NCBI GenBank assembly: GCA_951406725.2
Contig: OX597828.1
Location: forward strand, 50,158,001-50,222,000
Length of the DNA stretch: 64,000 nt
Direction of reading: 5' to 3'
Source of the DNA: Octopus vulgaris
Taxonomy: Eukaryota
Shown here piece by piece: positions 29,218 through 41,880 of the stretch. The notes beneath the pieces were generated by a model. It was not told the DNA's origin and made no database searches. It worked only from the letters and a program-made list of their open reading frames with translations. Made by a program: the position numbers and the translations under genes. The first letter of the stretch is position 1. Every line of letters begins with the position of its first letter.

Positions 29218-30286
29218 CAACACACACACAAACATGTATGTATAATATGAATGACGTCACAGAAGCATTCATATCGAGGTATATCTATCTATCCATCTTG
29301 TGATTCAAACAGGAAAATAGAACTTAATCCATGCGCATATATATATATATATTAAAAATAGAAAATGGAATTTACGAGTTTCATTATTCAAATTCACTAG
29401 AATTGGTCGACTTATTCCACAACTCTACTTAACTAGTGAGATGCTGTACAATTGTCTTGCATCACAGATACAGATTGCGTCTCCTCGGGTGACTTTTAAA
29501 CAAGTGCCCCGTTTTTTCTCCTCGCCATTACACTTAGCTCTATTATAATACATATCTAATCTATGAAGCTGCAGCATTCTAGCAGTTTTCATGAGAAACT
29601 GAGACTGAAAAACACTTCTCGTCAAAAATATAATAAAATACACCGAGAACATTAAATGAATATCGTCCCCGTAGGCCTTTCTCAATGGCGTCCGTTCACA
29701 GTCAGCTACGAGATTTGTTGCCTCTCATGTGAAGTAAAGCAGCGAATAGCCGCCCGGCTGAATAAAAATCCATTATATGCAATGGAAGCTGTGCTAAATT
29801 AAAATAGCCATCTACGTATCATATTGGCAGATAAATTATATTTACTGCTAAAAAAAAGACGAAACTGCAGTATAAGATGAGCCGAGTTTGTAAATGTTTT
29901 TGATTTTATTTCATTGAATTTATCCACTTTTTGTGATCTAGTACTTGCTTCTTCTTTTAGAGGCCTTTTAATGTACTTATATATGAATAACATATAGCCT
30001 AATGGCTAACTTGTCTTTTGTGCTAGATCACCGGTAATAATAATTTATTTTATTACCTTTTTACTATGTTATCATATTTAATGTAAATACGTTAATGTTA
30101 ACATACTATTTCACGGTAGATGGGAGGCAAGAAATCTCGTATAAGCGTGTGGATCGTTGTGAGTAAACACTATTGACAAGGTTTAGAAATGCTGAAATGC
30201 ATCTGGAGTATCTGTTCACTGTAGTTGGGGCGATTTTTGTCTCCCTCAGATATATATTGTGTTTTTAAATATATCACGACAGTAAT

Positions 30287-30699
30287 AGGCGCAGGAGTGG
30301 CTGTGTGGTAAGTAGCTTGCTAACCAGCCACATGGTTCCGGGTTCAGTCCCACTGCATGGCATCTTGGGCAAGTGTCTTCTGCTATAGCCCCGGGCCGAC
30401 CAAAGCCTTGTGAGTGGATTTGGTAGACGGAAACTGAAAGAAGCCTGTCGTATATATGTATATATATATGTATGTGTGTGTTTGTGTGTCTGTGTTTGTC
30501 CCCCTAGCATTGTTTGACAACCGATGCTGGTGTGTTTACGTCCCCGTCACTTAGCGGTTAGGCAAAAGAGACCGATAGAATAAGTACTGGGCTTACAAAG
30601 AATAAGTCCCGGGGTCGATTTGCTCGACTAAAGGTGGTGCTCCAGCATGGCCACAGTCAAATGACTGAAACAAGTAAAAGAGAAAAGAGAAAAGAGAGT
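30287..30699 (+). mobile_element. SINE family A copy
   Basis: Homology. Confidence 0.85.
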
Positions 30700-30904
30700 A
30701 ATACACATTATCACCGGACGAATACAGCAGTAAACTCGCTTTTCAACGATGTATTAACATAAACTTTCATGCATATGTGAGTCTCTGTGTGTGTGTGCAT
30801 ATTTTTACAGGGACAAGAAATTTGTCTTGCACATATATGTATATAAGAATGTGCACATATATATATGTATGCACATTCTTATATATATATATATATATAT
30901 AAAT

Positions 30905-31115
30905 AAAGTTAATCCAAACATGAAAACACAAAGAGAAAACACAACAACGCGAGGACGTGGAACAAGTATAGTATTATTGGACGCTCAGGAAAGAAGGAAA
31001 GAAGGAGGGTTCAACGTTTCGAGCGGAGCTCTTCGACAGAAACATAGGAAAAGGAAAGATCCAAAGAAGGGAAGACGGAGGAAAAAAAATCGCCAACGGT
31101 ACACACGCGGTCACA
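30905..31115 (-). mobile_element. Second copy of the HHR-bearing repeat at 1404-1608
   Basis: Homology; degenerate HHR at 31009-31043 (CTGTCGA...GAAACGTT); abuts (TA)n. Confidence 0.65.
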
Positions 31116-31487
31116 TTTTGAATGTATATATATACACACATATACACACACATATGTGCGTATATGTGCATGCAAAAAATGCTACGTTCATCAGTGTTGC
31201 ACTATCAATGTTTGATGTTTTCTTGTATACATACCTTGGTTGTTACCATAAACCACAAATGATAAGTAGAACACACACACAAACACACACACACCATGCA
31301 CACAACGTATACACACATACACACACACACACAAGCAACAACATATACAATCTATATGTGTATATTTTGCGTTATATTTGTATATTGATACAAATATATA
31401 TATATAATATATATAATGTATGTATATATAGATATATTATATCAATTATATACATATCTATGCGTGCGTGTTTGTGTGTTTGTATGT

Positions 31488-31545
<58 letters not shown>

Positions 31546-31692
31546 TGTGAGCATAAAATGTTGCCAGTCGTAAAATAATTGTGGTGTGTTATATGGTTTT
31601 TAAAAGACAAGTTTCATCTTCAATTAAGTAATGAATTCAATCAGAAGTCACAAATAAACGCCGCTGACAACACAAATATTCAGTATGTATGT

Positions 31693-31723
<31 letters not shown>

Positions 31724-31896
31724 TATACATATAGACATGTATTTATGTATATATACATATGTATATATATATACATATATATATATATTTGTCTACGTAT
31801 CCATGTATATTTGTATATACACGTGTGTGTATATATATTTATATATTTGTCTACGTATATGCGTATGTATTTACAGGTACATGTATGTGTTTATAC

Positions 31897-31927
<31 letters not shown>

Positions 31928-32543
31928 TGTATGTATGTATGTATGTATGTATGTATGTATGTATGTATGTATGTATGTATGTATGTATGTATGTGTGTGT
32001 GTTGTGTGTTTGTATGTGTATATGTGTGTGTATGTGTCAGTCTGTATGTACAAGGCTATTTGATTAAGAAGTTCGCTTCTGAACGATTTGATTACCAGTT
32101 CGATCCTACCGTGTGGCATCTTGGAGGCAAGTATCTTCTTATTTAGCCTCATACCGACCAATGTCTTGGAAGTGCTGTTGGTAGACAGAAAGTGTGCGGC
32201 CACCCCTCGTGTGTGTGTGTGCGTGTATATATATATATATATATATATATGAATATATATTATATATATATATTATTGTTTTTACGTATTATTTTGTTTT
32301 CATATTCGTGTAGCATCGTCCGTTTTTCCGTCCTTGTTTTGTATACATTCGAAGCTTTTTTCCAAGGAATTTAATGCGCTTGGCTTAGTTTTTCCTTGGG
32401 GTTGGCCAGATTGGAGCAATATCAAGATTAATCAGCCGAAATTGCGAGGATGATCCGGTTCTTGACTGAAGATTGAAGGCTTCGAATGTCTCGTCCGTGT
32501 TTTTTGCATCGTCTTCTAAATGTTTTGCGTTCTTGTCCCAGTT

Positions 32544-32593
<50 letters not shown>

Positions 32594-32718
32594 TAAATTA
32601 GAGATAAAACCACTATTAGGTAAATCATACAAAGAAAAACTTAAGTCAATACATAAGATTAATTAATTTATATTATTTTAAATATATATCAAAATTATTA
32701 AAAAAAGATAATTAGTAT

Positions 32719-32785
32719 AACACTACGATCGTTTCATGGCTGTCCAATTCGTAAAAATTCGAGTTACAGTCATTCTTCAGGTGAT
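32719..32785 (-). ncRNA. Canonical type I hammerhead ribozyme
   Basis: Minus strand cac-CTGAAGA-atgactgt...acagccat-GAAA-cgatcg-TA-gtg; intact core, GUA triplet, palindromic stem III; inside a ~260-bp island between (TA)n tracts. Confidence 0.75.
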
Positions 32786-32848
32786 TGAAATATTTAACTT
32801 AGCGAGGTTTATATATAGCGGCGTACGTACCCTCTCTCTTATATGTAA

Positions 32849-32883
<35 letters not shown>

Positions 32884-33132
32884 CACACAAACACACATCT
32901 ATCTATCGGACTTTCATATTCTGAATAGTTTCTGTATAAGATTAAATTAAAGAAAAAAAAGATATTTATTCCATGCAGTTGTGTGTGTTTGGAACGAACG
33001 ATTATGAACAGAGATTTGAAAACCCGTCAGACCAGATCAGTAGCAGCATCAGCATCACCAGCAGAAGCAGAAGCTGTTGCTGCTGCTACTACTAATATTA
33101 CTACTGTTACCACCACCATCACCACCACCACC

Positions 33133-33164
<32 letters not shown>

Positions 33165-33532
33165 CAGCAGCAGCAGCAGCAGCAGCAGTAACAGCCGAAA
33201 AATTTGTAAAATTTGGTAAGCTTGATCTTAATCTGCGGGGTGGGCTGTGGGTGCAGCGTACGAAGCTTTTATTTTATTTGATTCAGCAAGAATTTTCTGG
33301 AAAGTCTTCGATATAAAACAAGATCAAATATGAAGAGCAAAAAAAAAAAGACTTTTTATGTAGGTAGCTAAAAAAAAAAAGAAATACAAAAATAACACGC
33401 GCACTCAAAAACCAACTTTTATTTTAGATCAGGCGTTGTAATTCGTTAGCAAGCATAATTGAATCATTAAGACCACGTAACAACATGATACTACTACTAC
33501 TACTACTACGGACTTCAAATTGAACAAATTGA

Positions 33533-33626
33533 CGCCAGTGCTCAACTGGTACTTATTTTATCGATCCCGAAACGATGAAAGGCAAAGTCGACTTCGGCGG
33601 AATTTGAACTGAGAACGTAAAGACGG

Positions 33627-33627
<1 letters not shown>
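33533..33627 (-). mobile_element. SINE family B fragment
   Basis: Meta-like core. Confidence 0.75.
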
Positions 33628-33676
<49 letters not shown>

Positions 33677-33729
33677 GAATAATAATAATAATAATAGTAG
33701 TAGTAGTAGTAATAGTAGTAGTAGTAGTA

Positions 33730-33774
<45 letters not shown>

Positions 33775-34276
33775 TATTATGAAAATTTAACATAGTATAT
33801 CAGTATTATGAGCAAGCGAAGAGAAGAGGGTAGTGATGAAGTGTTATTTGGAAAGTAAACCCAAAGTAAGGAGTTACAGAAAACGTATGTCAGCACTATG
33901 GGCAAAAGAAGATGTTTGAAGAAAAAGTGGATAAAGAAAAGAACATATGTTAGGAAGAAAATGTGGATAACAGGATTGGAGACGGAAGAGATATCACAGA
34001 AGAACTAAGAAAGGCCAAGAAGTAGTAGAACCAAACAACGTAAGTAATATAGTTCAATCTATAAAAAAATCCCACAAGAAAAACATTTTAGCGCTACCAA
34101 CCAGGAAGGGAAAACTGACACCAGCGACTTCAGTGAGGTAGATTGGAAGAGCTTAGATGAGTTGAAGGAAGTAATAAGTAAAGAAGAAAGAAAAAGATTA
34201 CCAGCATGAAAATGTGTTATTAGAAGGAAATTGTTACTAGAAAATTAGTGTATGTAAAGTAATTTGACACATTAAG

Positions 34277-34640
34277 TAAATATAAGGACATAGAAATTGA
34301 AATAAAAAAGATGTGGCATCTTAAAGCGAGAACTGTCCCTGTTATTGTAGGTGTCCTAGGTATAATAAAAAAGGGATGTCAGAAGCATCTAGATAAGATC
34401 CCAGGAGAACCATGACTCAGGGAAATCCAAAAGATTGTGCAGACAAGTGCTGACCACATCCTTAGAAAAACCTTATCCATTTAAATGTTTGTGTTGTATT
34501 ACATGAAGATATTTTGCTACTGCTCTTGCCACTTCTCCTCCCCAAGCTTTCAGTCAAACTGTAACATCTTTTATCTTTCACTCGCCCCAGGATGCTGGGT
34601 GTGTCTCGGCCAGTGATTTTAACAAACATGCACAGTAAAA
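34277..34640 (+). mobile_element. RLE-type (R4-like) LINE 3' end
   Basis: KYKDIEIEIKKMWHLKARTVPVIVGVLG...; followed by (TAAA)n; the same family lies on the minus strand at 46020-46268. Confidence 0.75.
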
Positions 34641-34699
34641 GTTAATAAATAAATAAATAAATAAATAATCATTTCTACTAAACGGGGAGAGGACTAGTC

Positions 34700-34847
34700 T
34701 ACTACACAGGTATTTAATTTATCGACCCCCAAAGGAAGGAAAGGCAAAGTCGACCCCAGCGGAATTTGAACTGAGAACGTAAAATCGGACGAAATGCCGC
34801 TAAGCATTTTGCCCGGCGTATTAACGATTCTACCGACTCGTCGCCTT
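34700..34847 (-). mobile_element. SINE family B copy
   Basis: Homology. Confidence 0.75.
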
Positions 34848-34868
34848 AACAACAACAACGGTGATGAA

Positions 34869-34904
<36 letters not shown>

Positions 34905-35626
34905 ATGGCTTTTGAAACGAGGTCCATGGAATTTGATTTACATTCGAATTTCAAGATAATGTCCAAAATGTAACCGGAATAAAAGACTACGAAACGTAGT
35001 TGATTCTAAATCTACTCAATGATGATTTACCTAGGGCTAAACAATAACGGAGACGCGTTTGAAATGATATGAATTATAAATTAGTTTCAGGCAGAAACAA
35101 TTTGTAATCAGTCATTGAGACACGGTATTTAATTAAGAGATAATAAAAACAAGTTATAAAACATGACGGCTGTGTTCGACATCTGCATATGTAACTATGG
35201 TAAACTATAACTTTTGACGGATTCATTTACGTATTTACGTATAAACAAAAGTTATGAAATTAACACTGACTCAAGCGACGACCTTCTGATATATGGAAGA
35301 ACGAGGGGATCAACACGTCATTGACAAACGAGTCGTCATGTGATGTAGTGATGGTGAAAGTGGGGTGTCTAGCAGCCGGAGGTTCAACATAAAAGTGAGA
35401 ATAGAAGTAATCGCTATATTAATATTTTCGACTAAATAAGACGAAGAAACTGAAAATAAAAATAAAACAACGTATGAAATGCATTTCTTGTTAATGTTAA
35501 TTTTACTGGTTTGGTGATACATACATATACACACACACACACACACAAATACACACATCTATAATATACATACATAAGTACACACGCACGGATACACATG
35601 CACACACGAATGTACAAATACATTGT

Positions 35627-35705
<79 letters not shown>

Positions 35706-35761
35706 CATACCTACCTACCTACCTACCTACCTACCTACCTACCTACCTACCTATCTATCTA

Positions 35762-36841
35762 TTGTCCCTAAAAGGTCGAGCGGAGGTGGCGAACACGTAC
35801 ATCGCGTCCGTCATCTACTACCGCCTGACCGTCGTACCTTGTCCCGACCCTACTATCACCAAACTAGAACGCATCCTCTTTCGCTTCTTGTGGAAAGGAT
35901 GCGTCCCGATGGTCAGGCGATCCATTTGCTGTCAACACCCGTTAAAAAGAGGGCTGGGCATGCCGTGGTTGATGATGCGCAGACACGCGCTGAGACTGCG
36001 GCATCTCTGGCTCTATGTAGACGACGGTGAACAGGTGTGGTCGCCGTTTGTGAGGCACGCTTTCCCGCAGCTCGTCTCCATGACCGAACTGCAGTCGTGG
36101 ATCAAAAAGAGGCCGAGGAAGGGCGAATGGCACCGCGAGTGTCGCGTTGCTCTCAAGCAACTCTGCCGTCCTGGGTCGACCTTAAGTGACTTCAACACAA
36201 CCAAAGCATTCTATAGGGGTTTAGTGGAGGGGAGGTACGACGACGAGCTCGGGGCGAACCTGGACGTCGACGAGGAGTACCTGACCCGCCTGTTCAGGAC
36301 GACTTTCGGGCCAGGGCCCATGGACAACTTCCAGAGATCCCTGGCCTGGCAGTGCTACCGAGAAGCGCTACCCGTTCGGGATAAGCTCTACAGACACGGC
36401 TCGAGAAACACGGGGCCGACCTGCCCGAGATGCGGTCAGAGCGACGAAACCGTTCTGCACGCACTCGTTCAGTGTCCAACAATTTCCGACCTGTGGGCTT
36501 ATGTCGAACAACTGCTGTCACGTGTGGGACGAGTCGGTTTATCAGCTGAGTCTATCGTCAATATTGTCACGCCTCCTTCCTTCAAACGGGAAGGAAGAGC
36601 TATTTTCATCATCCTTGTGGCTATGGCGAAAGAATGTATCTGGTGGACGCGTCTGAAAGGATTGGAGACAAACACTTTCCTCTCTGGTCAATCTCTCATC
36701 AACTTCTTCAAGTACCACTTGAAAAAGAAAGTGAGAGTAGAGAGGCAAGTTTTGTCTAGCGAATGTTTTAAAAAAAGATGGGTGAATGTAGCAAGAATGG
36801 CACGTATGAATGACGAAGCCACCTTGAGCATAGTCCTATGA
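35762..36841 (+). CDS. Tx1/L1 ORF2 C-terminal fragment (post-RT region and CCHC zinc finger), no true start codon
   Basis: SLKGRAEVAN, FLWKG, GLGMP, CPRCGQSDETVLHALVQC motifs; 359 codons open. Confidence 0.8.
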   Translation: MSLKGRAEVANTYIASVIYYRLTVVPCPDPTITKLERILFRFLWKGCVPMVRRSICCQHPLKRGLGMPWLMMRRHALRLRHLWLYVDDGEQVWSPFVRHAFPQLVSMTELQSWIKKRPRKGEWHRECRVALKQLCRPGSTLSDFNTTKAFYRGLVEGRYDDELGANLDVDEEYLTRLFRTTFGPGPMDNFQRSLAWQCYREALPVRDKLYRHGSRNTGPTCPRCGQSDETVLHALVQCPTISDLWAYVEQLLSRVGRVGLSAESIVNIVTPPSFKREGRAIFIILVAMAKECIWWTRLKGLETNTFLSGQSLINFFKYHLKKKVRVERQVLSSECFKKRWVNVARMARMNDEATLSIVL

Positions 36842-37220
36842 ACCCAGAAATCGAAAACAGAGAGTTGCTTATTTGCAAAAAAAAAAGAAAAAAAAAAGAA
36901 ATATAAAATGTGACTTCATTGACCGAGGTTACCGTGGTCTTTTCCGTAGGCTTTTCTTTCCACGGGTAAACCTCACCTGTCCTTCCCTTTACACTTCATA
37001 TTGACATTTCTGTGATAACGATCCCTATTGATCAATTTTTTTTTCCTCTCCCCCTTTTTTTTAACCCCCCTTTTTTTTGTCCTCTTTCTCTCCTTTTACG
37101 ATCCCTTTTGATCGAAACTCCCCCTTCCTTTTTTTTTTTTTTTTTTAAACCTTCAAAAGAAAAGCTCTACCTTGTAATTTGTTCTATCTGTGTGCAGCCC
37201 TGTGTGGCTAATAAAGAAAC
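35763..37220 (+). mobile_element. 5'-truncated Tx1/L1-clade LINE inserted in (CTAT)n
   Basis: Uninterrupted ORF2 C-terminus, 3' UTR with aataaa at 37210; both flanks are (CTAT)n/(CTAC)n. Confidence 0.85.
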
Positions 37221-37221
37221 A

Positions 37222-37275
<54 letters not shown>

Positions 37276-37300
37276 CATACCTACCTACCTACCTACCTAC

Positions 37301-37367
<67 letters not shown>

Positions 37368-37404
37368 CATACCTACCTACCTACCTACCTACCTATCTAC
37401 CTAC

Positions 37405-37471
<67 letters not shown>

Positions 37472-37496
37472 CATACCTACCTACCTACCTACCTAC

Positions 37497-37583
<87 letters not shown>

Positions 37584-37620
37584 CATACCTACCTACCTAC
37601 CTACCTACCTACCTACCTAC

Positions 37621-37675
<55 letters not shown>

Positions 37676-37700
37676 CCTACCTACCTACCTACCTACCTAC

Positions 37701-37758
<58 letters not shown>

Positions 37759-37815
37759 GTCTGTCTGTCTGTATGTCTGTCTGTCTGTCTGTCTGTCATT
37801 CTGTCTGTCTGTCTA
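37221..37815. repeat. (CTAT)n/(CTAC)n/(CTGT)n microsatellite with ~100-bp higher-order units
   Basis: ctacatacctac junction recurs at ~37273, 37365, 37469 and 37581, and at ~35703. Confidence 0.9.
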
Positions 37816-37854
37816 TCATATAGAATTTATATTTACATTTATATTTATGTTTAT

Positions 37855-38076
37855 ATGCAGCTCAAGATTGCTCTACATTTTAAAACTGATGTAATACTTG
37901 CATTGTTCAATTAAATGGAGTCGCATGAAACGATCGTTCTGCATTACCTCTGGATATCCTTGTTTCTTATTTTGATTATAATCACCCCATTTTGAATTAT
38001 ATGGATAATACCATAGCAAATTCTGGTGCCTTTAACTTAAGTACCATATTCAACTGAATCTAAATTTTTACTGAAC
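37855..38076 (+). mobile_element. Degenerate HHR-bearing element related to the 54841-55563 element
   Basis: atgcag-CTCAAGA-...-GAAA-cgatcg-TT-ctgcat at 37855-37944; downstream ttataatcacccca and tggtgc..gtaccatattcaa match the reverse complement of 54841-54961; ends at a TA tract. Confidence 0.6.
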
Positions 38077-38231
38077 TTATATATATACATACATACATAC
38101 ATACATACATACATACATACATACACATATACATATATATACATACATGTTTTATGCTTGAAACTAAGTGAGGTGCTGCTGGCTAATTCATTGTTTACAT
38201 CTCTCTCTCTCACTCCGTCTCTCTCTCTCTA

Positions 38232-38264
<33 letters not shown>

Positions 38265-38331
38265 TTACATATACACACACACATATATATATAAATATAC
38301 ACACACACACATATATATGCACATATATATT

Positions 38332-38387
<56 letters not shown>

Positions 38388-40626
38388 TATACACACTTAT
38401 GCATATATAAATATTATGAACGATGCAGACATGTATATGCATATACTAGAGAGAAGGAGAACGAGAGAGAGAGAGAGAAAGAGAACGAGAGAGAGAGAGA
38501 GAGAGAGAGAGGGGAAAGAGAGAAAGAAAGAAGGAACGCGAGCGAGAAAGAAAGAAAGACAGAAAAAGCGTGACTAGCGAATGTGTTAGAAGTTGTGTAT
38601 GCTCGTGCATGCTGTAAGACTGAATAGAAAACGAGCAAAGTTTGCTTCTTAGTTTATTGAAAATGAGAAAAAAGAAACGGAGGAATAAAAACCATTGAAA
38701 TAAATCCGAAAATATTCTATTTTCAGATAATTAATCGTTTACACGAATTGCCTTGAGTTAGTGTCAAGTGTTCATAAGTGTAGAGATTTTTGCACCAGTA
38801 GACGTCCTATTTCTGCTGTTGAAATATTGTGTCTTTAAATACGTTTTCTTCTTTTTTTTATTAAATAGTGCGCTTGTATGTATGTATGTATGTATGTATG
38901 TATGTATGTATGTATGTATGTATGTATGCACGCATATATACGTACACATATACATGTATATGTGTACGTATATATACATATATATGAGCATGTTTGTATG
39001 TGTACGTTTATTTATTTAGATACACATATATTTGTATATATGTATAGAGATACATGTGTGTATATATATGGGTGTGTGTATGTATATTTGTGTGTGTACA
39101 CAGACATGCACACACATACGTACACACACACGCGCGAGCACACACACGCGCGAGCACACACACATACACACTAAAGAAAATAAGTTCTTCAGCCACACGA
39201 CTAGACGTATAAGTATAAGTTTGAATTTACTTTATGAAAATTTATTGATAAGTACTTAACCGGTTTCACAATTTTCATGATTTTCAAAACAGTGAATTAT
39301 TGGGAATTTTCGAATTACCGTATTTATGTGGACTAAATTTCGAGTGGTGTTTTCTCACAATATGGTTTTTGTGGCTATTCTTTTTATATTTTTATTTATT
39401 AAAATTCATCATTATTTAGCAAATTATGAAACCCTTTTGCATGTTTACTTAAAGTTTGGTAATTTCCTTCCGTGAATACGTAGGTCACGTCTGTCTCATC
39501 AGATGTTCAGAGGAGTTTGATAGGCATTCAAGACGGTTTGTAGCTATTTAAACCTTTCTTAGTGAACTCAGGTCACATATTATTAGTTTTATTGGAAGCG
39601 ATACTAGTTCTTTACTTTATTTGTAAGTCCATCTGTTAGGACAGGAGAATGCCGGTGTCACTTCGACAGAGGGAGGGCTGCGGTATAGTATACAATCAGT
39701 GATAGTTATTTGCCTTGTGTACTAAAAATGGTGGTATAAAATGTTGGTTCGAGTCAGCAGAAGTCATTTGGAGCTGATTCAGACTTATTAAATACAACTC
39801 CAACCAAATATTTCTTTTGCTAAATTCTTTCTTTTGCTCAATTACCTGTACACACACACACGTGCGCGCATATGTATAAATTGATTGCAAGGAGATATTA
39901 TTTTGATTTGCAACCATTATATACTGCTAAGTATATCAATGGTTTCACAATTCAATATCGTGTTTTACTTCTTTGCTAGCAGTGCGATGTTTTCATTTTT
40001 AAGTTTATGTCAGCACATTTCTATAGAAACCAGAGCCAGCACTGAACATCGTAATTTTCAGTGTTGGCTCTGAACTCTATAAAACATCTGCAGAGATAAA
40101 CTTAAATTTATGACAAGGCTGACAAAAGATTCACTGCCAGTATAAACAGCCTTATAGATAAACTAACATCTTGGAATATGTCTGTTGATAGCTCGATTCT
40201 GTTTGTAACAATAGGTGTTGCTTTAGTAGTAGTCAGTAATAACTGTATGGACCAGGTTGCAATCATTCTTTCAATGGCATTCACTATAGCAGCTAGTACT
40301 TTGACAAGGCGTAGTTATTCTATCACTCATGAGTGAGACACGGAGTCGAACGCCTTTTTGTAGTCCAGCCATATCATTAGGAGATCTTAGAAGGATATGG
40401 CTTCGCTATTCATGAATGAGATAACTAGTAAATATCTGATAAACAAGAGGGACAAAGATACCACCAAACCTCTATGTTGTGTTAAAAATTTCGGCTTTGC
40501 TATGCCTGTGTGGAAGATCAGCAGCACACATCAGCAGCACACACATCAGCAGCAACTTCCCCCAAATGTCTACTAACTGAGGAAGAACTGCTCTGACGTA
40601 TGCGTCAAAGGTATGTCAGAACCACT

Positions 40627-40858
40627 AGCGGCGAGCAGGTAGAAACGTTAGCAGGCCGGGCGAAATGCGTAACCGTATTTCGTCTGCCGTTACGGTCTGA
40701 GTTCAAATTCCGCCGAGGTCGACTTTGCCTTTCATCCTTTCGGGGTCGATTAAATAAGTACCAGTTACGCACTGGGGTCGATATAATCGACTTTATCCGT
40801 TTGTCTGTCCCTGTTTGTCCCTCTCTGTGTTTAGCCCCTTGTGGGTAGTAAAGAAATA
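40627..40858 (+). mobile_element. SINE family B copy
   Basis: TSD ggtatgtcagaacca at 40609-40623 and 40859-40873. Confidence 0.9.
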
Positions 40859-40894
40859 GGTATGTCAGAACCAGCAGATATTCACACCTTTAAA

Positions 40895-41130
40895 AATAAG
40901 GAATACTGGTGGAACACTCCAACCACGTCATCAATTAGGTGTAAACACAGCAGACCTGATATTGTTCTGTGGGACAGGGAAAACAGTCATGTACTGTTGT
41001 AGAGGTCAGCTGCCCGGCACATGGGAATGTACAATCAAAAGCCAGGAAAAGAGAACATTTATGGCGAATCAATACGGAACTTACAGCTCTTGTATGCTGA
41101 CTATGAATTCCCATTTTTACTCAATCATTA
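40895..41130 (+). pseudogene. RLE LINE endonuclease relic
   Basis: KEYWWN...RPDIVLWDREK...VVEVSCP. Confidence 0.55.
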
Positions 41131-41880
41131 GTTATCTCTCATATATTGAATACAATCTCATTAAGCAGTGAACAACAATAATATTTATTTGAAACAATCT
41201 CCTACATGGCTGTAGAAAGAAACCTTAAACGTTATTTTCGATTTTGCTTTTATGGTTCTTCCACGGCAAAAATTCTGGTCATTTTTTAACTTCCTTCGTT
41301 CAAGAAAATAATAGTTTCAGGTCAGGTTTACCAGAAGATTCACACAAATCACCCTAATCTGATACAGTTGAGTGTCCATCTAGTAAATAATGTCGATATC
41401 TTACTGCAGTTATTCTTCAGAGTTTGCAAAACTATCTTGTCTTTGTATTCAATCCTTCAAAAGAAAGTAAACTGAAAAAATATCTATTCTTCTAACATTG
41501 CATTTTGAAGGGTTTATCGACAGGTTTGGGATGATTAATCCTTTGTTGATAAATACCATATTTTATAAATACCATATTTGTTTATAAAACAGGGATTTAT
41601 TTAAACTGAACGGTCCTTGATGGACAAATGTTTTTATTACACACATTCTGAATGAAAAGGGGGATACCGAGTTCAATATCCTGAGTTTCTTTTTTTTTAC
41701 GTCTTTCAGTAAAAACAATGTTCCTTAACTAACTACCGAGTCTTGTTAATGTTAGGTAAACCATGATAAAGAACAAAACAAGTAGTTGATCAAGTAGTTT
41801 ATTAAAGGAAAACTACATGAACTAATTAATGATCCTTGATACAAGTTACTGACTGATTTATTAGACGGTCATAAATTAAA

